NCBI GenBank assembly: GCA_045643885.1
Contig: JAZRFY010000027.1
Span: forward strand, 8,230 to 72,229
Direction of reading: 5' to 3'
DNA length: 64,000 nucleotides
Source: Eubacteriales bacterium
Lineage (GTDB): Bacteria > Bacillota > Clostridia > Oscillospirales > CAG-272
The notes beneath the pieces were generated by a model. That model was not told where the DNA came from, made no database searches, and saw only the letters and a list, made by a program, of their open reading frames with translations. A program made the translations under genes and the position numbers. How positions within the stretch are numbered: position 1 is the stretch's first letter; each line of letters opens with the position of its first letter. Positions 10,575-21,572 of the stretch are shown here, piece by piece.

Positions 10575-10745
10575 TTATTCCTGAACGGGAGCTCCTACAG
10601 GGCAAACGTCAGCGCAAGCACCGCAATCAGCGCATGCATCAGGATCAATTACATAAATACCGTCACCTTCTGTGATAGCACCACAGGGGCAAGCGTCACA
10701 GCAAGCACCACAAGCGATGCAAGCGTCAGTAATCTTATAAGCCAT
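10575..10745 (-). CDS. 2x[4Fe-4S] ferredoxin
   Basis: MAYKITDACIACGACCDACP...CADCGACADVCP. I chose the ATG at 10745, which lies 8 nt after GGAGG. Confidence 0.85.
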   Translation of the reverse strand: MAYKITDACIACGACCDACPCGAITEGDGIYVIDPDACADCGACADVCPVGAPVQE

Positions 10746-10831
10746 GATAAATACCTCCAATTAGTATTGATGATACATTATAACACAACCCCTTGCTAAA
10801 AACAAGGGGTTATTTGAAATTTTTTATTTTT

Positions 10832-11929
10832 TTATTCTTTCTCTGTTTTTTTGTGGGAATTAAGCACCTTCACGTTATCTCTGTGATGGATTTTGATCGT
10901 TTGCTCATCCTTGTCACCTATTCTCACCTTAAGCATACCGGAAAGGGGATGACTTTCGATTACCACGCCGATTCCGTCGGGAGTTTTAACTGTTGAATCA
11001 ACCGAGGGAGTGCGCGCGATCTCGTATTCATAGGTATCCTGCTCATATCTTAAGCAACACATAAGTCTGCCACAAGTACCTGAAATCTTTGAGGAGTTTA
11101 AGAAGAGTCCCTGTTCCTTTGCCATCTTGATAGATACCTGAGCAAAGTCGGAAAGGAAGGTTGCGCAACAAAGGGGACGTCCACAAGCACCAAGACCGCC
11201 AATAAGCTTGGCCTCGTCGCGAATACCTATCTGTCTTAACTCGATTCTCGTTCTGAAAACGGATGCAAGATCCTTAACAAGCTCTCTGAAGTCAACTCTG
11301 CCTGCAGATGTGAAGTAGAAGAGAAGCTTGCTGTTGTCAAAGGTGTACTGAGCATCCACAAGCTTCATGTCAAGCTCGTGCTTTGCGATCTGCTCAAGGC
11401 AAATGCCGAATGCTTCTTTTTCCTTCTTTGTGTTTTCTTCGTTCTTAATAACGTCCTCGGGGGTTGCAATGCGAATAACTGAACGAAGAGGAGGAACGGT
11501 CTCGGACACTCCGACAAATTTATTGGGAGTGAAAACCTCACCGAATTCAGGTCCTCTTGCCGTGTCAACGATGGCAAAATCACCCTTTTGTGCAGTAACA
11601 CCCTCGGGAGCAAAGTAATAAACCTTGCCAACCTTTTTAAAGCGAACGCCGATAACCTCGACCTGCTCCTCATCCTCCTTGGAGTCCGTAGTGGGCTTTG
11701 CTTCATCAAAAGCCTCCTCCGGGAACATATCCTCAAGGAATTCAAGGCTTTCTTCTTCGTTTAAAGGCATATCCTTATCTGTCACAGTCTCTTCAAGCTC
11801 TTCAGCGGAAAGCTCCTCTGCAAGCTCAACGGCTTTGTTTTCCTTTTTGGGCTTGTGCTTGTTGAAGCGACGGTGATGTCTTTTTTTATTGTGATTTTTT
11901 TGCTGATTGTTTTGATTATTATTTTCCAT
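10832..11929 (-). CDS. yaaT: PSP1-domain protein (YaaT/RicT-like) with a charged low-complexity N-terminal extension
   Basis: PSP1 core (GVRFKKVGKVYYF...CCATFL...GTCGRLMCCLRYE). Conserved yaaT position downstream of holB. I preferred the ATG at 11929 (GGAGA 6 nt upstream) over 11941. Confidence 0.8.
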   Translation of the reverse strand: MENNNQNNQQKNHNKKRHHRRFNKHKPKKENKAVELAEELSAEELEETVTDKDMPLNEEESLEFLEDMFPEEAFDEAKPTTDSKEDEEQVEVIGVRFKKVGKVYYFAPEGVTAQKGDFAIVDTARGPEFGEVFTPNKFVGVSETVPPLRSVIRIATPEDVIKNEENTKKEKEAFGICLEQIAKHELDMKLVDAQYTFDNSKLLFYFTSAGRVDFRELVKDLASVFRTRIELRQIGIRDEAKLIGGLGACGRPLCCATFLSDFAQVSIKMAKEQGLFLNSSKISGTCGRLMCCLRYEQDTYEYEIARTPSVDSTVKTPDGIGVVIESHPLSGMLKVRIGDKDEQTIKIHHRDNVKVLNSHKKTEKE

Positions 11930-11941
11930 ATTGATCTCCAT

Positions 11942-12979
11942 TTATATTAAACCACTGAGAAAATTTGCTACAGTCAATTTCACGTTTGCATTTCTCAAAA
12001 GAGAGAGTCTTGCTTGCTCTGCGCTTTTCATTATGTCAGAAATCTTTTGCATAGAGAAGCTGTAAGAAAGCTCTTCAGCATATTTTACGTCGGTGAAGAA
12101 TACCATTTTCGGCTCGTCAGCTTTCTTGATCACCATCAGGTCGCGAAGGGCACATTGGATTTCCGAAAGCATGGAAACGACCTTTTCTCTCTCGTCCTTT
12201 TTTTGAGAAAACATAGCGCTTATCTCGGCAAAATCCGAGGAAAGAGAGTGATTTGCAAGTGACTCGATAAATCTTTGCACCACCTCACGGTTTTGAAGAA
12301 TATGCTTTCTTTCACTTGAATCGATAAGCTCAAGGATTCTACCGATACTGCCACCCGACGCCATATAGATCTGCTCAAATTCTTCGGGGGAATTATTGAT
12401 AAAAATACGCGCCGAGGAATCGTTTTCTTTGATATATGAAATCGCCTCCTCCTTGTCGGGAGTTCTCATTCTGAGAATGGGAGCACGGCTTTTTATGGTT
12501 TCAAGTATCGTTTCAGTATTCTCGCAAAGAAGGATGAAAACCGCATATGAGGGAGGCTCTTCAAGAGTAAGAAGAAACGCATTTTGCGCCTGAACGGTCA
12601 TGGTGTGAGCATCCTCGATTATATAGACCTTGAAATCACCGTCGTTGGGGTAATAAACAACGTCCTCCTTGATGAATCGGATGGGATCGACACCGAGCGT
12701 AGCTCTGTCATCTTCCTTTGAAATGTAAATCACGTCAGCAGAATTATTTTGCAAAATTTTTCTGCACGAATTACACTCGCAGCAAGGGAGAGGAAGGGAA
12801 TCGTTGCCCTTTGCCTCACAGTTTAACGACGCTGCAACAAGACGCGCAAGCGTGTGCTTTCCAATGCCCTTAGCACCCAAAAGAATGAATGCGTGGGGAA
12901 GTATATTTTTTCTTATGGAGGAAGCAAAATATGTGCAGATATCATCGTTTGCAATGATGGATGAAAAGTCTTTTTTCAT
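11942..12979 (-). CDS. holB: DNA polymerase III subunit delta'
   Basis: HAFILLGAKGIGKHTLAR P-loop-like motif, zinc module CCECNSCRK and the SRAP sensor motif (IKSRAPILR). Confidence 0.85.
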   Translation of the reverse strand: MKKDFSSIIANDDICTYFASSIRKNILPHAFILLGAKGIGKHTLARLVAASLNCEAKGNDSLPLPCCECNSCRKILQNNSADVIYISKEDDRATLGVDPIRFIKEDVVYYPNDGDFKVYIIEDAHTMTVQAQNAFLLTLEEPPSYAVFILLCENTETILETIKSRAPILRMRTPDKEEAISYIKENDSSARIFINNSPEEFEQIYMASGGSIGRILELIDSSERKHILQNREVVQRFIESLANHSLSSDFAEISAMFSQKKDEREKVVSMLSEIQCALRDLMVIKKADEPKMVFFTDVKYAEELSYSFSMQKISDIMKSAEQARLSLLRNANVKLTVANFLSGLI

Positions 12980-13154
12980 ATATCTCCTCCTTTTTAACAA
13001 TACAAAGTAATTATATCAAATAATTAAACGTATGTCAATAGGTGCAAAGGTCATAAAAACATCCAAAAAATAATGGTAAAAATGGCATAAATCGAGCCAA
13101 AAACGAAGCATTTTGTGTAATATTAACAAAAAGGCAAAAATATTAAAAAAACAC

Positions 13155-13183
13155 TTGAAAAATAAGGCGTTTAGTACTATAAT
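13155..13183 (+). promoter_or_regulatory. sigmaA-type promoter of the glg operon (TTGAAA-17-TATAAT)
   Basis: -35 at 13155-13160 and -10 at 13178-13183, in a 250-nt AT-rich gap upstream of glgC. Confidence 0.45.
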
Positions 13184-13254
13184 AACAATGTATGACTATG
13201 CCTATATTATATATAGATTTAGCTTAACAAAAATGAAGGGAGAATCTTGATATC

Positions 13255-14436
13255 ATGTTTAAGAAAAAAGAATGTGTTGCTATGCTCCTCGCTGGCGGAC
13301 AAGGCTCAAGACTTTACGCACTCACCAAGAAAACCGCAAAACCCGCTGTTTCATTTGGAGGAAAGTTCCGAATCATCGACTTTCCGCTTTCCAACTGTAT
13401 CAACTCAGGAGTGGACACCGTTGGTGTTCTCACTCAATATCAGCCCCTCGTGCTTAATGAATACATAGGAAACGGTCTCCCCTGGGACCTTGACAGAACC
13501 TTTGGCGGCGTTTCCATTCTCCCCCCATATCAGGGCTTCAGTGGCTCTGACTGGTATAAGGGAACAGCAAATGCCATCTATCAGAACCTTGAGTTCATCA
13601 AGAGATACCAGGCAGAATACGTTCTCATTCTGTCAGGTGACCATATCTACACTATGGACTATAACAAGATGCTCCAGTACCACAAGGCTCAGGGTGCAGA
13701 CTGCACGATCGCAGTTTTGCAGGTCCCCATGGAAGAGGCCAGCCGCTTTGGTATCATGAGCGTTAACCCCGATAACTCCATCTATAAGTTCTCCGAAAAG
13801 CCCAAGAATCCCGATAGCAATCTTGCTTCTATGGGTATCTACATCTTCTCGGCAGAAAAGCTTTATAAATACCTCATCGAGGACGAAGCTGATCCCAACT
13901 CCAGCAACGACTTCGGTAAGAATATCATTCCCAATATGCTTGCAAACGGAGAAAAGATGTTTGCTTACGGCTTTGAGGGATATTGGAAGGACGTTGGAAC
14001 GATTTCTTCTCTTTGGGAAGCAAATATGGACCTTCTCGGCGAAAAGCCCGTTCTTGCATTTGATGAAAAGACAAGAGTATTCTCTCGTCACGAAAATGAA
14101 GCTCCTCAGTATATCGGCAACGAAGCGATCGTTGAGAATTCCTCCATCACAGAGGGATGTGAGATATACGGAACGGTTATCAACTCCGTGCTTGGCTACG
14201 GCGTAGTGGTTGAAAAGGGCGCAGTTGTTCGCGACTCCGTTCTTATGCACCACGTGCACGTTGGCGAAGGTGCAACCGTTGAATACTCCATCCTCGACTC
14301 TGACGTTTCTGTTGGTAAGGGTGCAAGAGTAGGCAGACCTAAGGAAGAGGCCGAGGGCATTACTGTTATCGGCGCAGAAAACGCAGTGGCTGACGGTGAG
14401 GATATTGCCGACAACCAGATGATCTATTCTGAATAA
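13255..14436 (+). CDS. glgC: glucose-1-phosphate adenylyltransferase
   Basis: LAGGQGSRL...[15 protein letters not shown], and EKP...ASMGIYIF motifs. Confidence 0.95.
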   Translation: MFKKKECVAMLLAGGQGSRLYALTKKTAKPAVSFGGKFRIIDFPLSNCINSGVDTVGVLTQYQPLVLNEYIGNGLPWDLDRTFGGVSILPPYQGFSGSDWYKGTANAIYQNLEFIKRYQAEYVLILSGDHIYTMDYNKMLQYHKAQGADCTIAVLQVPMEEASRFGIMSVNPDNSIYKFSEKPKNPDSNLASMGIYIFSAEKLYKYLIEDEADPNSSNDFGKNIIPNMLANGEKMFAYGFEGYWKDVGTISSLWEANMDLLGEKPVLAFDEKTRVFSRHENEAPQYIGNEAIVENSSITEGCEIYGTVINSVLGYGVVVEKGAVVRDSVLMHHVHVGEGATVEYSILDSDVSVGKGARVGRPKEEAEGITVIGAENAVADGEDIADNQMIYSE

Positions 14437-14448
14437 TGAGGTGACGAT

Positions 14449-15585
14449 ATGAAAGCAGCTGGACTTATATTTTCTAATATACACGACGCATCCATTCCCG
14501 AGCTTACAAAGCCTCGTACTATGGCGAGCATTCCCTTTGGAGGCAGATACCGTCTTATCGACTTCGCGCTCTCCAATATGGTTAACTCGGATATCACAAC
14601 AGTAGGTCTTATCACACACGACAACTATCAGTCCCTCCTTGACCATATCGGTACAGGTAAGGACTGGGATTTGGCTCGTCGTTCCGGTGGTATCAGAATC
14701 CTTCCGCCCTTTATCACAAGCAGCTCACGCGGAGACGCTAAGCTCTACCAGACAAGACTTGAGGCTCTTGTTGGCGTTAGAAACTTCGTTGAAAACTGTG
14801 GCGCGGATAACGTTATCATCTCCGATTGCAATATGATTTGTAATATCGACTTTACAGATGCACTTGACAACCATATCGCAAACGACGCAGACATCACAAT
14901 AATTACAAAGCTCGTTAATACAACTGAGCTTAAGTTCCCCCTCGATAAATACATCAAGGTGGTTGAATATAACGAAAACGGCGAGATCACAGATTATTGC
15001 ACATACGATAATCAGCAGGGTGAGCTTCACATCAACACAAACATGATGATTCTCAAGCGCTCCTATCTTCTCTCCGTTATCAATGAGGCAGAATCAAGAG
15101 GCTATGATAGCTTCTCAAGAGACGTTATGAGAAGAAATCTTGGCAAGCATAAGTTCTTTGCTTATGAATACGACGGCTACTTTAACTATATCGACTCTAT
15201 GCAGAAATACTTCTTCTGCAACATGAAGATGCTCGATTCCGGCAAGAGAAAGCTCGTGTTCCACGTTAAGAACAGACCTGTTTACACAAAGGTTAGAAAC
15301 TCTGCCCCCACAAGATATACAGAAAGCGCTAAGGTTACAAACTCCATCATCGCTGACGGATGCGTAATCGAGGGCGTTGTTGAGAATTCCATCCTTTTCA
15401 GAGGCGTAAAGGTTGGCAAGGGAACAGTTATCAAAAACTGCATCCTTTTGCAGAACACTTACACTGGTGAAGACGTTTACCTTAACTGCGTTGTTACCGA
15501 TAAGGACGTAACAATCAAGAACGGTAAGATGCTCTCCGGTCACGAAACACTTCCTTTCTACATTGGAAAGGGCACAACAGTTTGA
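14449..15585 (+). CDS. glgD: glucose-1-phosphate adenylyltransferase regulatory subunit GlgD
   Basis: GlgC paralogue lacking the GGxGxRL motif (FGGRYRLIDFALSNMVNS). Lies immediately after glgC, as in Firmicutes. Confidence 0.9.
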   Translation: MKAAGLIFSNIHDASIPELTKPRTMASIPFGGRYRLIDFALSNMVNSDITTVGLITHDNYQSLLDHIGTGKDWDLARRSGGIRILPPFITSSSRGDAKLYQTRLEALVGVRNFVENCGADNVIISDCNMICNIDFTDALDNHIANDADITIITKLVNTTELKFPLDKYIKVVEYNENGEITDYCTYDNQQGELHINTNMMILKRSYLLSVINEAESRGYDSFSRDVMRRNLGKHKFFAYEYDGYFNYIDSMQKYFFCNMKMLDSGKRKLVFHVKNRPVYTKVRNSAPTRYTESAKVTNSIIADGCVIEGVVENSILFRGVKVGKGTVIKNCILLQNTYTGEDVYLNCVVTDKDVTIKNGKMLSGHETLPFYIGKGTTV

Positions 15586-15624
15586 TCCCACACCGAAAAA
15601 TTATTATTGAAAAGGAACTTACAA

Positions 15625-17058
15625 ATGAGAAAAATATTGTTTGTTGGTGCTGAGGTAATGCCCTTTGCGGCAACAGGCGGTCTTGGTGACGTGCTTGGTT
15701 CATTGCCCGCAGCCCTAAAAAAAGAATATGAAGACGATATCGACGTAAGAGTAGTTATGCCCCTTTACGACGCGATCAAGCAGGAGTGGAGAGAGCAGAT
15801 GAAGCTTGAGGCAGTATTCAACCTTCAGCTTTCCTGGAGAAACCTCTACTGTGGCATCCACAGTCTTGTTAAAGACGGTGTTACTTACTATTTCGTGGAT
15901 AACGAATATTATTTCAAGAGAGGTAGTCTTTACGGCTTCATGGACGAGGCTGAAAGATACGCGTTCTTCTGCAAGGCAGCAGTTGAGATGCTCGGTGTCG
16001 TAGGCTTCTATCCCGACGTTCTCCATGCTCATGACTGGCAGGCGGCGCTCACCATTCCATATCTCAACTTCCAATACCGTTGGAGAAGAGAATATCAAAA
16101 TATCAAAACCGTCTTCACGATCCACAACATCGAATATCAGGGACAGTTCCCGATGGACGTTTTGGGATACGTTTTCGGCTTTGACTATTCCGACTATCTT
16201 GAATATAATGGATGTGTTAACCTTATGAAGGGTGCTATCGAAATGGCAAACGTTGTTACAACCGTAAGCCCAAGATATTCCGAGGAGATCAGAGGAGATG
16301 AATACTCCCATGGTCTTGCGCCCATACTTAACAATAACGCCCACAAGCTCACAGGTATCCTTAACGGTATCGACTATAAGTATTATAACCCCGAAGGCGA
16401 TAAGGAAATCTATCAGAACTTTGGCTCAGGCGAGCTTGATAAGAAGGTTAAGAACAAAACAGAGCTTCAAAAGGCTCTCGGACTCCCCGTAAGAGAGGAC
16501 GTTCCGCTCGTTGCTATTATCTCAAGACTTGCATCCCATAAGGGACTTGACCTCATCCGTGAGGTAGCATACGGCCTTGTTGATAATAACGATATGCAGC
16601 TCATCGTTCTCGGTAAGGGTGAGGCACAGTACGAAAATTTCTTTGTTGACCTTGAGAGAAACAGAAACGATAAGGTTCGCGCTCTTATTATGTACGACAG
16701 AGATCTTTCCAAGCGCATTTATGCAGCTTGTGATATATTCCTTATGCCCTCAAAGAGTGAGCCATGCGGTCTTTCACAGATGATTGCATCCCGTTACGGA
16801 GCGATCCCTGTAGTAAGAGAAACAGGCGGACTTTATGACTCTATTAAGGGATATTGGTTGCTTAACGGCACCATTCTTGGCAACGGATTTACTTTTGCCA
16901 ACTATTATGCAGGAGAGCTTTATGAGCGCACGTGTGCAGCTCTTGAGCTTTATCATGATAAAGAATTGTATCCTAAATTTGCAAAGAAGATTATGGATAC
17001 AGACTTTTCTTGGGGCATTTCCGCAAGAAAATACTATATGCTTTACGAAAGAATGTAA
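15625..17058 (+). CDS. glgA: glycogen synthase (ADP-glucose type)
   Basis: MRKILFVGAEVMPFAATGGLGDV and a C-terminal GT5 domain (SKSEPCGLSQM). Confidence 0.95.
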   Translation: MRKILFVGAEVMPFAATGGLGDVLGSLPAALKKEYEDDIDVRVVMPLYDAIKQEWREQMKLEAVFNLQLSWRNLYCGIHSLVKDGVTYYFVDNEYYFKRGSLYGFMDEAERYAFFCKAAVEMLGVVGFYPDVLHAHDWQAALTIPYLNFQYRWRREYQNIKTVFTIHNIEYQGQFPMDVLGYVFGFDYSDYLEYNGCVNLMKGAIEMANVVTTVSPRYSEEIRGDEYSHGLAPILNNNAHKLTGILNGIDYKYYNPEGDKEIYQNFGSGELDKKVKNKTELQKALGLPVREDVPLVAIISRLASHKGLDLIREVAYGLVDNNDMQLIVLGKGEAQYENFFVDLERNRNDKVRALIMYDRDLSKRIYAACDIFLMPSKSEPCGLSQMIASRYGAIPVVRETGGLYDSIKGYWLLNGTILGNGFTFANYYAGELYERTCAALELYHDKELYPKFAKKIMDTDFSWGISARKYYMLYERM

Positions 17059-17097
17059 AGCGACATCGCAAATACCTATTTCAATTTTGGAGGACAC

Positions 17098-19530
17098 ATG
17101 AATTACCAACCCACAGTGAACGAAATCACAGAAAATTTAGAAGGCAAGCTGGCCAGATACTTCGGCTGTACGTCTAAGGATGCTACAAGAGAGCAGATGT
17201 ATAAGGCAGCTGCCATGACAGTAAAGGATATTCTCACAGCGAAAAGAGGAGAATATAAAAAGCACGTGAACGAACAGCAGGGAAAGAGAGTGTACTATAT
17301 GTGCATGGAATTCTTGCTTGGCAGATCACTTAAAACAAACCTTTGCAACCTTGGACTTGCAGAAAACTATAAGGAATCTCTCAAGGCACTTGGCTTTGAT
17401 CTTGACGATCTTTACGAATGCGAGCCCGATGCAGGTCTTGGAAACGGCGGTCTTGGTCGTCTTGCGGCTTGCTTTGTTGACTCTCTCTCATCACTTGATT
17501 ATCCCGCAACAGGATTTTCGCTTTGCTATGAGTACGGTTTGTTCAAGCAGATGATCGTTGACGGAACACAGATCGAGCTTCCCGACGTATGGCTTCCCGG
17601 TGGCGAGGTTTGGCTCACACCCAGAACTGACCGCGTATTCAAGGTTAGACTTGGCGGTAGAGTTCGCGAGGAATGGCGCGAGGATCACATGGAGGTTATC
17701 TATGAGAACTGTGAAGAATATGAGGCAGTTCCTTACGATATGATGATTTCCGGTGCGGATTCCGAGGCAGTTTCTCAGCTTCGTCTTTGGAAGGCAAGAG
17801 ATATCCACAACTTCAACATGCACCTTTTCTCTCAGGGCGAATATGCAAGAGCTCTTGAGGAAAGCACAAATGCTGATATTCTTACAAAGGTTCTTTATCC
17901 CTCTGATAACCATACACAGGGTAAGATTCTTCGTCTTACACAGCAGTACTTCCTTGTTTCTGCTTCTATTCAGAGCATTATCCGTGACCACATGGCTGTT
18001 TACGGTAACATCAACAATATCGCAGACAAGGTTGCTATCCACATCAACGATACACACCCTGCTCTCTGTATCCCCGAGCTTATGAGAATCTTCTTGGATG
18101 ACTACCACTTCTCATGGGAAAAGTCTTGGGATATGGTTCAGAAGATCGTGTCCTATACAAACCACACAGTATTGCCCGAGGCTCTTGAAACATGGAACGA
18201 GGATATCTTCCAGCTCAAGCTCCCCAGAATCCACCAGATCATCAAAGAGATCAACGAAAGATTCTGCAAGGAAGCATGGACAGTATTCCCCGGCAACTGG
18301 GAAAAGATTTCCAAGCTCAGTGTTATCGGCTACGGCCAGGTAAGAATGGCTAACCTTTCCGTTATCGGTTCTCACTCCATCAACGGTGTATCCAAGCTTC
18401 ACTCCGAAATCCTTAAGGAAACAACGTTTAAGGACTTCTATAAGATGTATCCCGATAGATTCGAGAACGTTACAAACGGTATCGCACATAGAAGATGGCT
18501 TTGCTATTCTAACCCCAAGCTTTCAGGACTCCTTGACGAGTGCATCGGCACAGGCTACAGACACGAGCCCGAGCAGCTTGCAAACTTTGCAAAGTATGCT
18601 GACGATAAGGCAGTACTTGACCAGGTAAGAAACATTAAGCACGAAAACAAGAAGGCATTTGCTGATCTTCTTTATAAGAAGACAGGCGTTGCACTTGATA
18701 CACACTCTGTATTCGACGTACAGATCAAGCGTTTGCACGAATATAAGCGTCAGCTTCTTAACGCGCTTAATATCATCAACCTTTACCTTGATATTAAGGA
18801 AAATCCCAACCTTGACATTCAGCCCCAGACGTTCATCTTTGGCGCTAAGGCAGCAGCAGGCTACCAGATGGCTAAGGAAATCATCAAGCTCATTTGCTTT
18901 ATCAGCCGTGAGATTGAAAACGATCCCGTTGTTCGTGGCAAGATTAAGGTAGTATTCCTTGAAAACTATAACGTAAGTATGGCAGAGGCTCTTATTCCTT
19001 CAGCTGAAATCAGTGAACAGATTTCTCTTGCAGGTAAGGAAGCGAGTGGTACAGGCTGTATGAAGCTCATGATGAACGGTGCTCTTACAATCGGTACTCT
19101 TGACGGCGCAAATATCGAAATGCTCGCAGCTGCAGGCAAGGATAATATGTATATCTTCGGTCTCACAGCTAAAGAGGTTGAAGAGATCTGGGCAAGAGGC
19201 TACCACTCCAACGAGTTCTATACAAACAACAACAGACTTATCAGAATCATCGACTGTCTCAACCGTGGCTTTGCAGGTCAGTCCTTTGCTCATATTTCAA
19301 GATACCTTCTTACAGGCATGGGCGTAGCAGACCCCTTCATGTGCCTTGCAGACTTCGAGTCCTATAGAACAACTCATGAAAAGATGATTGCAGACTATGC
19401 GGATAAGCAGAAGTGGAATAAGATGTCCCTTATGAACATTGCATCCTCCGGCTACTTCGCAGCTGACAGAAGCATCGAGGAATACGCAGAGAAGTTCTGG
19501 AATCTTAAGAAAATCACAGGAAACAAATAA
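17098..19530 (+). CDS. glgP: glycogen/maltodextrin phosphorylase
   Basis: GLGNGGLGRLAACF and the PLP-lysine motif EASGTGCMK. 810 aa. Confidence 0.95.
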   Translation: MNYQPTVNEITENLEGKLARYFGCTSKDATREQMYKAAAMTVKDILTAKRGEYKKHVNEQQGKRVYYMCMEFLLGRSLKTNLCNLGLAENYKESLKALGFDLDDLYECEPDAGLGNGGLGRLAACFVDSLSSLDYPATGFSLCYEYGLFKQMIVDGTQIELPDVWLPGGEVWLTPRTDRVFKVRLGGRVREEWREDHMEVIYENCEEYEAVPYDMMISGADSEAVSQLRLWKARDIHNFNMHLFSQGEYARALEESTNADILTKVLYPSDNHTQGKILRLTQQYFLVSASIQSIIRDHMAVYGNINNIADKVAIHINDTHPALCIPELMRIFLDDYHFSWEKSWDMVQKIVSYTNHTVLPEALETWNEDIFQLKLPRIHQIIKEINERFCKEAWTVFPGNWEKISKLSVIGYGQVRMANLSVIGSHSINGVSKLHSEILKETTFKDFYKMYPDRFENVTNGIAHRRWLCYSNPKLSGLLDECIGTGYRHEPEQLANFAKYADDKAVLDQVRNIKHENKKAFADLLYKKTGVALDTHSVFDVQIKRLHEYKRQLLNALNIINLYLDIKENPNLDIQPQTFIFGAKAAAGYQMAKEIIKLICFISREIENDPVVRGKIKVVFLENYNVSMAEALIPSAEISEQISLAGKEASGTGCMKLMMNGALTIGTLDGANIEMLAAAGKDNMYIFGLTAKEVEEIWARGYHSNEFYTNNNRLIRIIDCLNRGFAGQSFAHISRYLLTGMGVADPFMCLADFESYRTTHEKMIADYADKQKWNKMSLMNIASSGYFAADRSIEEYAEKFWNLKKITGNK

Positions 19531-19533
19531 TAA

Positions 19534-21447
19534 ATGTACAATCAACATCCCGAAAATGCCTCAACGAATAACGTTGAGATCATTAAAGAAAGAAAAGTTG
19601 GTTCGTCATGGGAAAACGCCTCGTATAGCGGGGCGTTTTCTGTAAATGATGACATCCGATTCAGAATAAGTGTTCCAACAAGTATGGGAACACAGGGAAT
19701 AGTGTTGAGAATAAACCGCGACGGTGAAAACTATTGGGATGTTCCTTTGACTCTTTCAAGCTTTGAACTTGGACGCGAGGAATACGTTCTCGAGCTTAAT
19801 CTCCGTCATCTTTGCGGACCTGTTCCCGCACTCTTCTTCTACGAATTTTTGTTCCTCCGTGGAACGAGAACACTTTTTACCGTCAGTGTAAATAACTATG
19901 ACTTTGAGCTTGCATATCACTCCGAGTCAAAATTCTCCTTGCTCGTTTACGAGGATTATTTTGAGGCTAAGGAATGGTTTGGTAAGGGAATTATGTACCA
20001 CGTATTCGTTGATCGCTTTGCAAAGGGTGAAATTGCGCCTTGGCATAGAGATGATTATATCATCAACGAGGATTGGTATAACGGAGTCCCCCAATATGCA
20101 AAAAATCAAGGTGATAGACTCAAAAACAACATGTTCTTTGGAGGAAATCTCAAGGGAATTGAGGATAAGCTCGACTATCTTGAGAGCCTTGGCACAAAGG
20201 TCATCTATTTAAGCCCCATCTTCAAGGCGTATTCAAACCATAAATACGACACGGGTGATTATATGACCGTCGACGAAATGTTTGGCGGTGAGGAAGCGTT
20301 CTGCTCCTTGCTTAACAAGGCTAAGGAGAAGGGAATGAGCATCATTCTTGACGGCGTTTTCAATCATACGGGTGACGATAGCCTTTACTTTAATAAATAC
20401 AGAAAATATGACTCCGTCGGTGCTTGCAACGATCTCAATTCTCCCTATAAGGATTGGTTCAATTTCAAGTGCTATCCCTGTGACTATGATTCTTGGTGGG
20501 GAATAGATATCCTCCCCAAGCTCAATCAAAATAATGAAAGATGCCGTAACTACTTTGTTGGTGAAGGTGGAGTTATTGAAAAGTATACAAGGATGGGTAT
20601 CGGTGGATGGAGACTTGACGTTGCCGACGAGCTTCCCGACGAATTTTTGTATCAGCTTCGCGAGAGCGTTCATAAGAATTCTAACGGTCAGGGCATCGTT
20701 ATCGGTGAGGTCTGGGAAAATGCGGCGGTAAAGAGCGCCTACGGCAAGAGAAGAAACTACTTCCACGGCCGTCAGCTCGATAGCGTTATGAACTATCCCT
20801 TAAGAAACGGGATCATCGATTTCGTTACCTACGGACTTGCTGAAATGCTCTATAATGTTCTTGTTGAGCTTTATTCCTCATATCCAAGATGCGTTTGCGA
20901 TTCTCTTATGAATATACTCGGTACACACGATACTGAAAGAATACTTACAGTGCTTGGCGAAAATTACCGTCCCGATGCTCCCAACGACCATCTCGCAGTT
21001 ATGAGAATGACGGCACAGGAAAGAGACGTAGCTATAAAAAGACTTAAGATGGCAGCCATTCTTCAGTATACTGTTTACGGTATTCCGTCCGTGTTCTACG
21101 GTGACGAGGCCGGAATGGAGGGATATCACGATCCCTTCTGCAGAAGACCTTTCCCGTGGGGACGCGAAAACGAAGAGCTTCTTGCACATTACAGAAAGCT
21201 TGGTGAGCTAAGAGTTATTGAAAAAGCATTTGATAGGGGCTCATTCAGAGTGCTCGATCACGGCAAGGAAACTCTTACGTATGAAAGATGTAAGGAAGAT
21301 TCACGAGTTGTAGTTATTGCCAACGGAGGAGAGAACATCTTCAGAACAAGACTTGACGGAAAATGGATAGATATGCTCACCTATGAGAGCTTTGAAAATT
21401 ACATTTCCGTTCTCCCTAATTCCGCAAGAATCTTAAAGCAAATATAA
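19534..21447 (+). CDS. cytoplasmic GH13 alpha-glycosidase (neopullulanase/maltodextrin glucosidase-like)
   Basis: GH13 regions DGVFNHTG, GGWRLDVADE, GEVWE and LGTHDTER. No signal peptide. Confidence 0.85.
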   Translation: MYNQHPENASTNNVEIIKERKVGSSWENASYSGAFSVNDDIRFRISVPTSMGTQGIVLRINRDGENYWDVPLTLSSFELGREEYVLELNLRHLCGPVPALFFYEFLFLRGTRTLFTVSVNNYDFELAYHSESKFSLLVYEDYFEAKEWFGKGIMYHVFVDRFAKGEIAPWHRDDYIINEDWYNGVPQYAKNQGDRLKNNMFFGGNLKGIEDKLDYLESLGTKVIYLSPIFKAYSNHKYDTGDYMTVDEMFGGEEAFCSLLNKAKEKGMSIILDGVFNHTGDDSLYFNKYRKYDSVGACNDLNSPYKDWFNFKCYPCDYDSWWGIDILPKLNQNNERCRNYFVGEGGVIEKYTRMGIGGWRLDVADELPDEFLYQLRESVHKNSNGQGIVIGEVWENAAVKSAYGKRRNYFHGRQLDSVMNYPLRNGIIDFVTYGLAEMLYNVLVELYSSYPRCVCDSLMNILGTHDTERILTVLGENYRPDAPNDHLAVMRMTAQERDVAIKRLKMAAILQYTVYGIPSVFYGDEAGMEGYHDPFCRRPFPWGRENEELLAHYRKLGELRVIEKAFDRGSFRVLDHGKETLTYERCKEDSRVVVIANGGENIFRTRLDGKWIDMLTYESFENYISVLPNSARILKQI

Positions 21448-21450
21448 AAT

Positions 21451-21486
21451 AAAGGTATCGCTTTTTGCGATACCTTTAAATTTTTT
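21451..21486 (+). terminator. Rho-independent terminator of the glg operon
   Basis: 11-bp stem aaaggtatcgc/gcgataccttt followed by a T-run. Confidence 0.75.
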
Positions 21487-21572
21487 AAATAAAAAACGAA
21501 AAAGTATTGATATATGCTTTTTTTTGTGTTAATATTATCATAGGTAATTATATTTATATATGAAGGATGCTT

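Noticed and set aside
13633-14646. 337-aa minus-strand ORF across glgC/glgD, plus similar ones at 15115-15591, 15715-16344, 17491-18108 and 20233-20766
   Set aside because: All are antisense to confidently identified glg genes. The first even spans the glgC-glgD junction. None has recognisable motifs.
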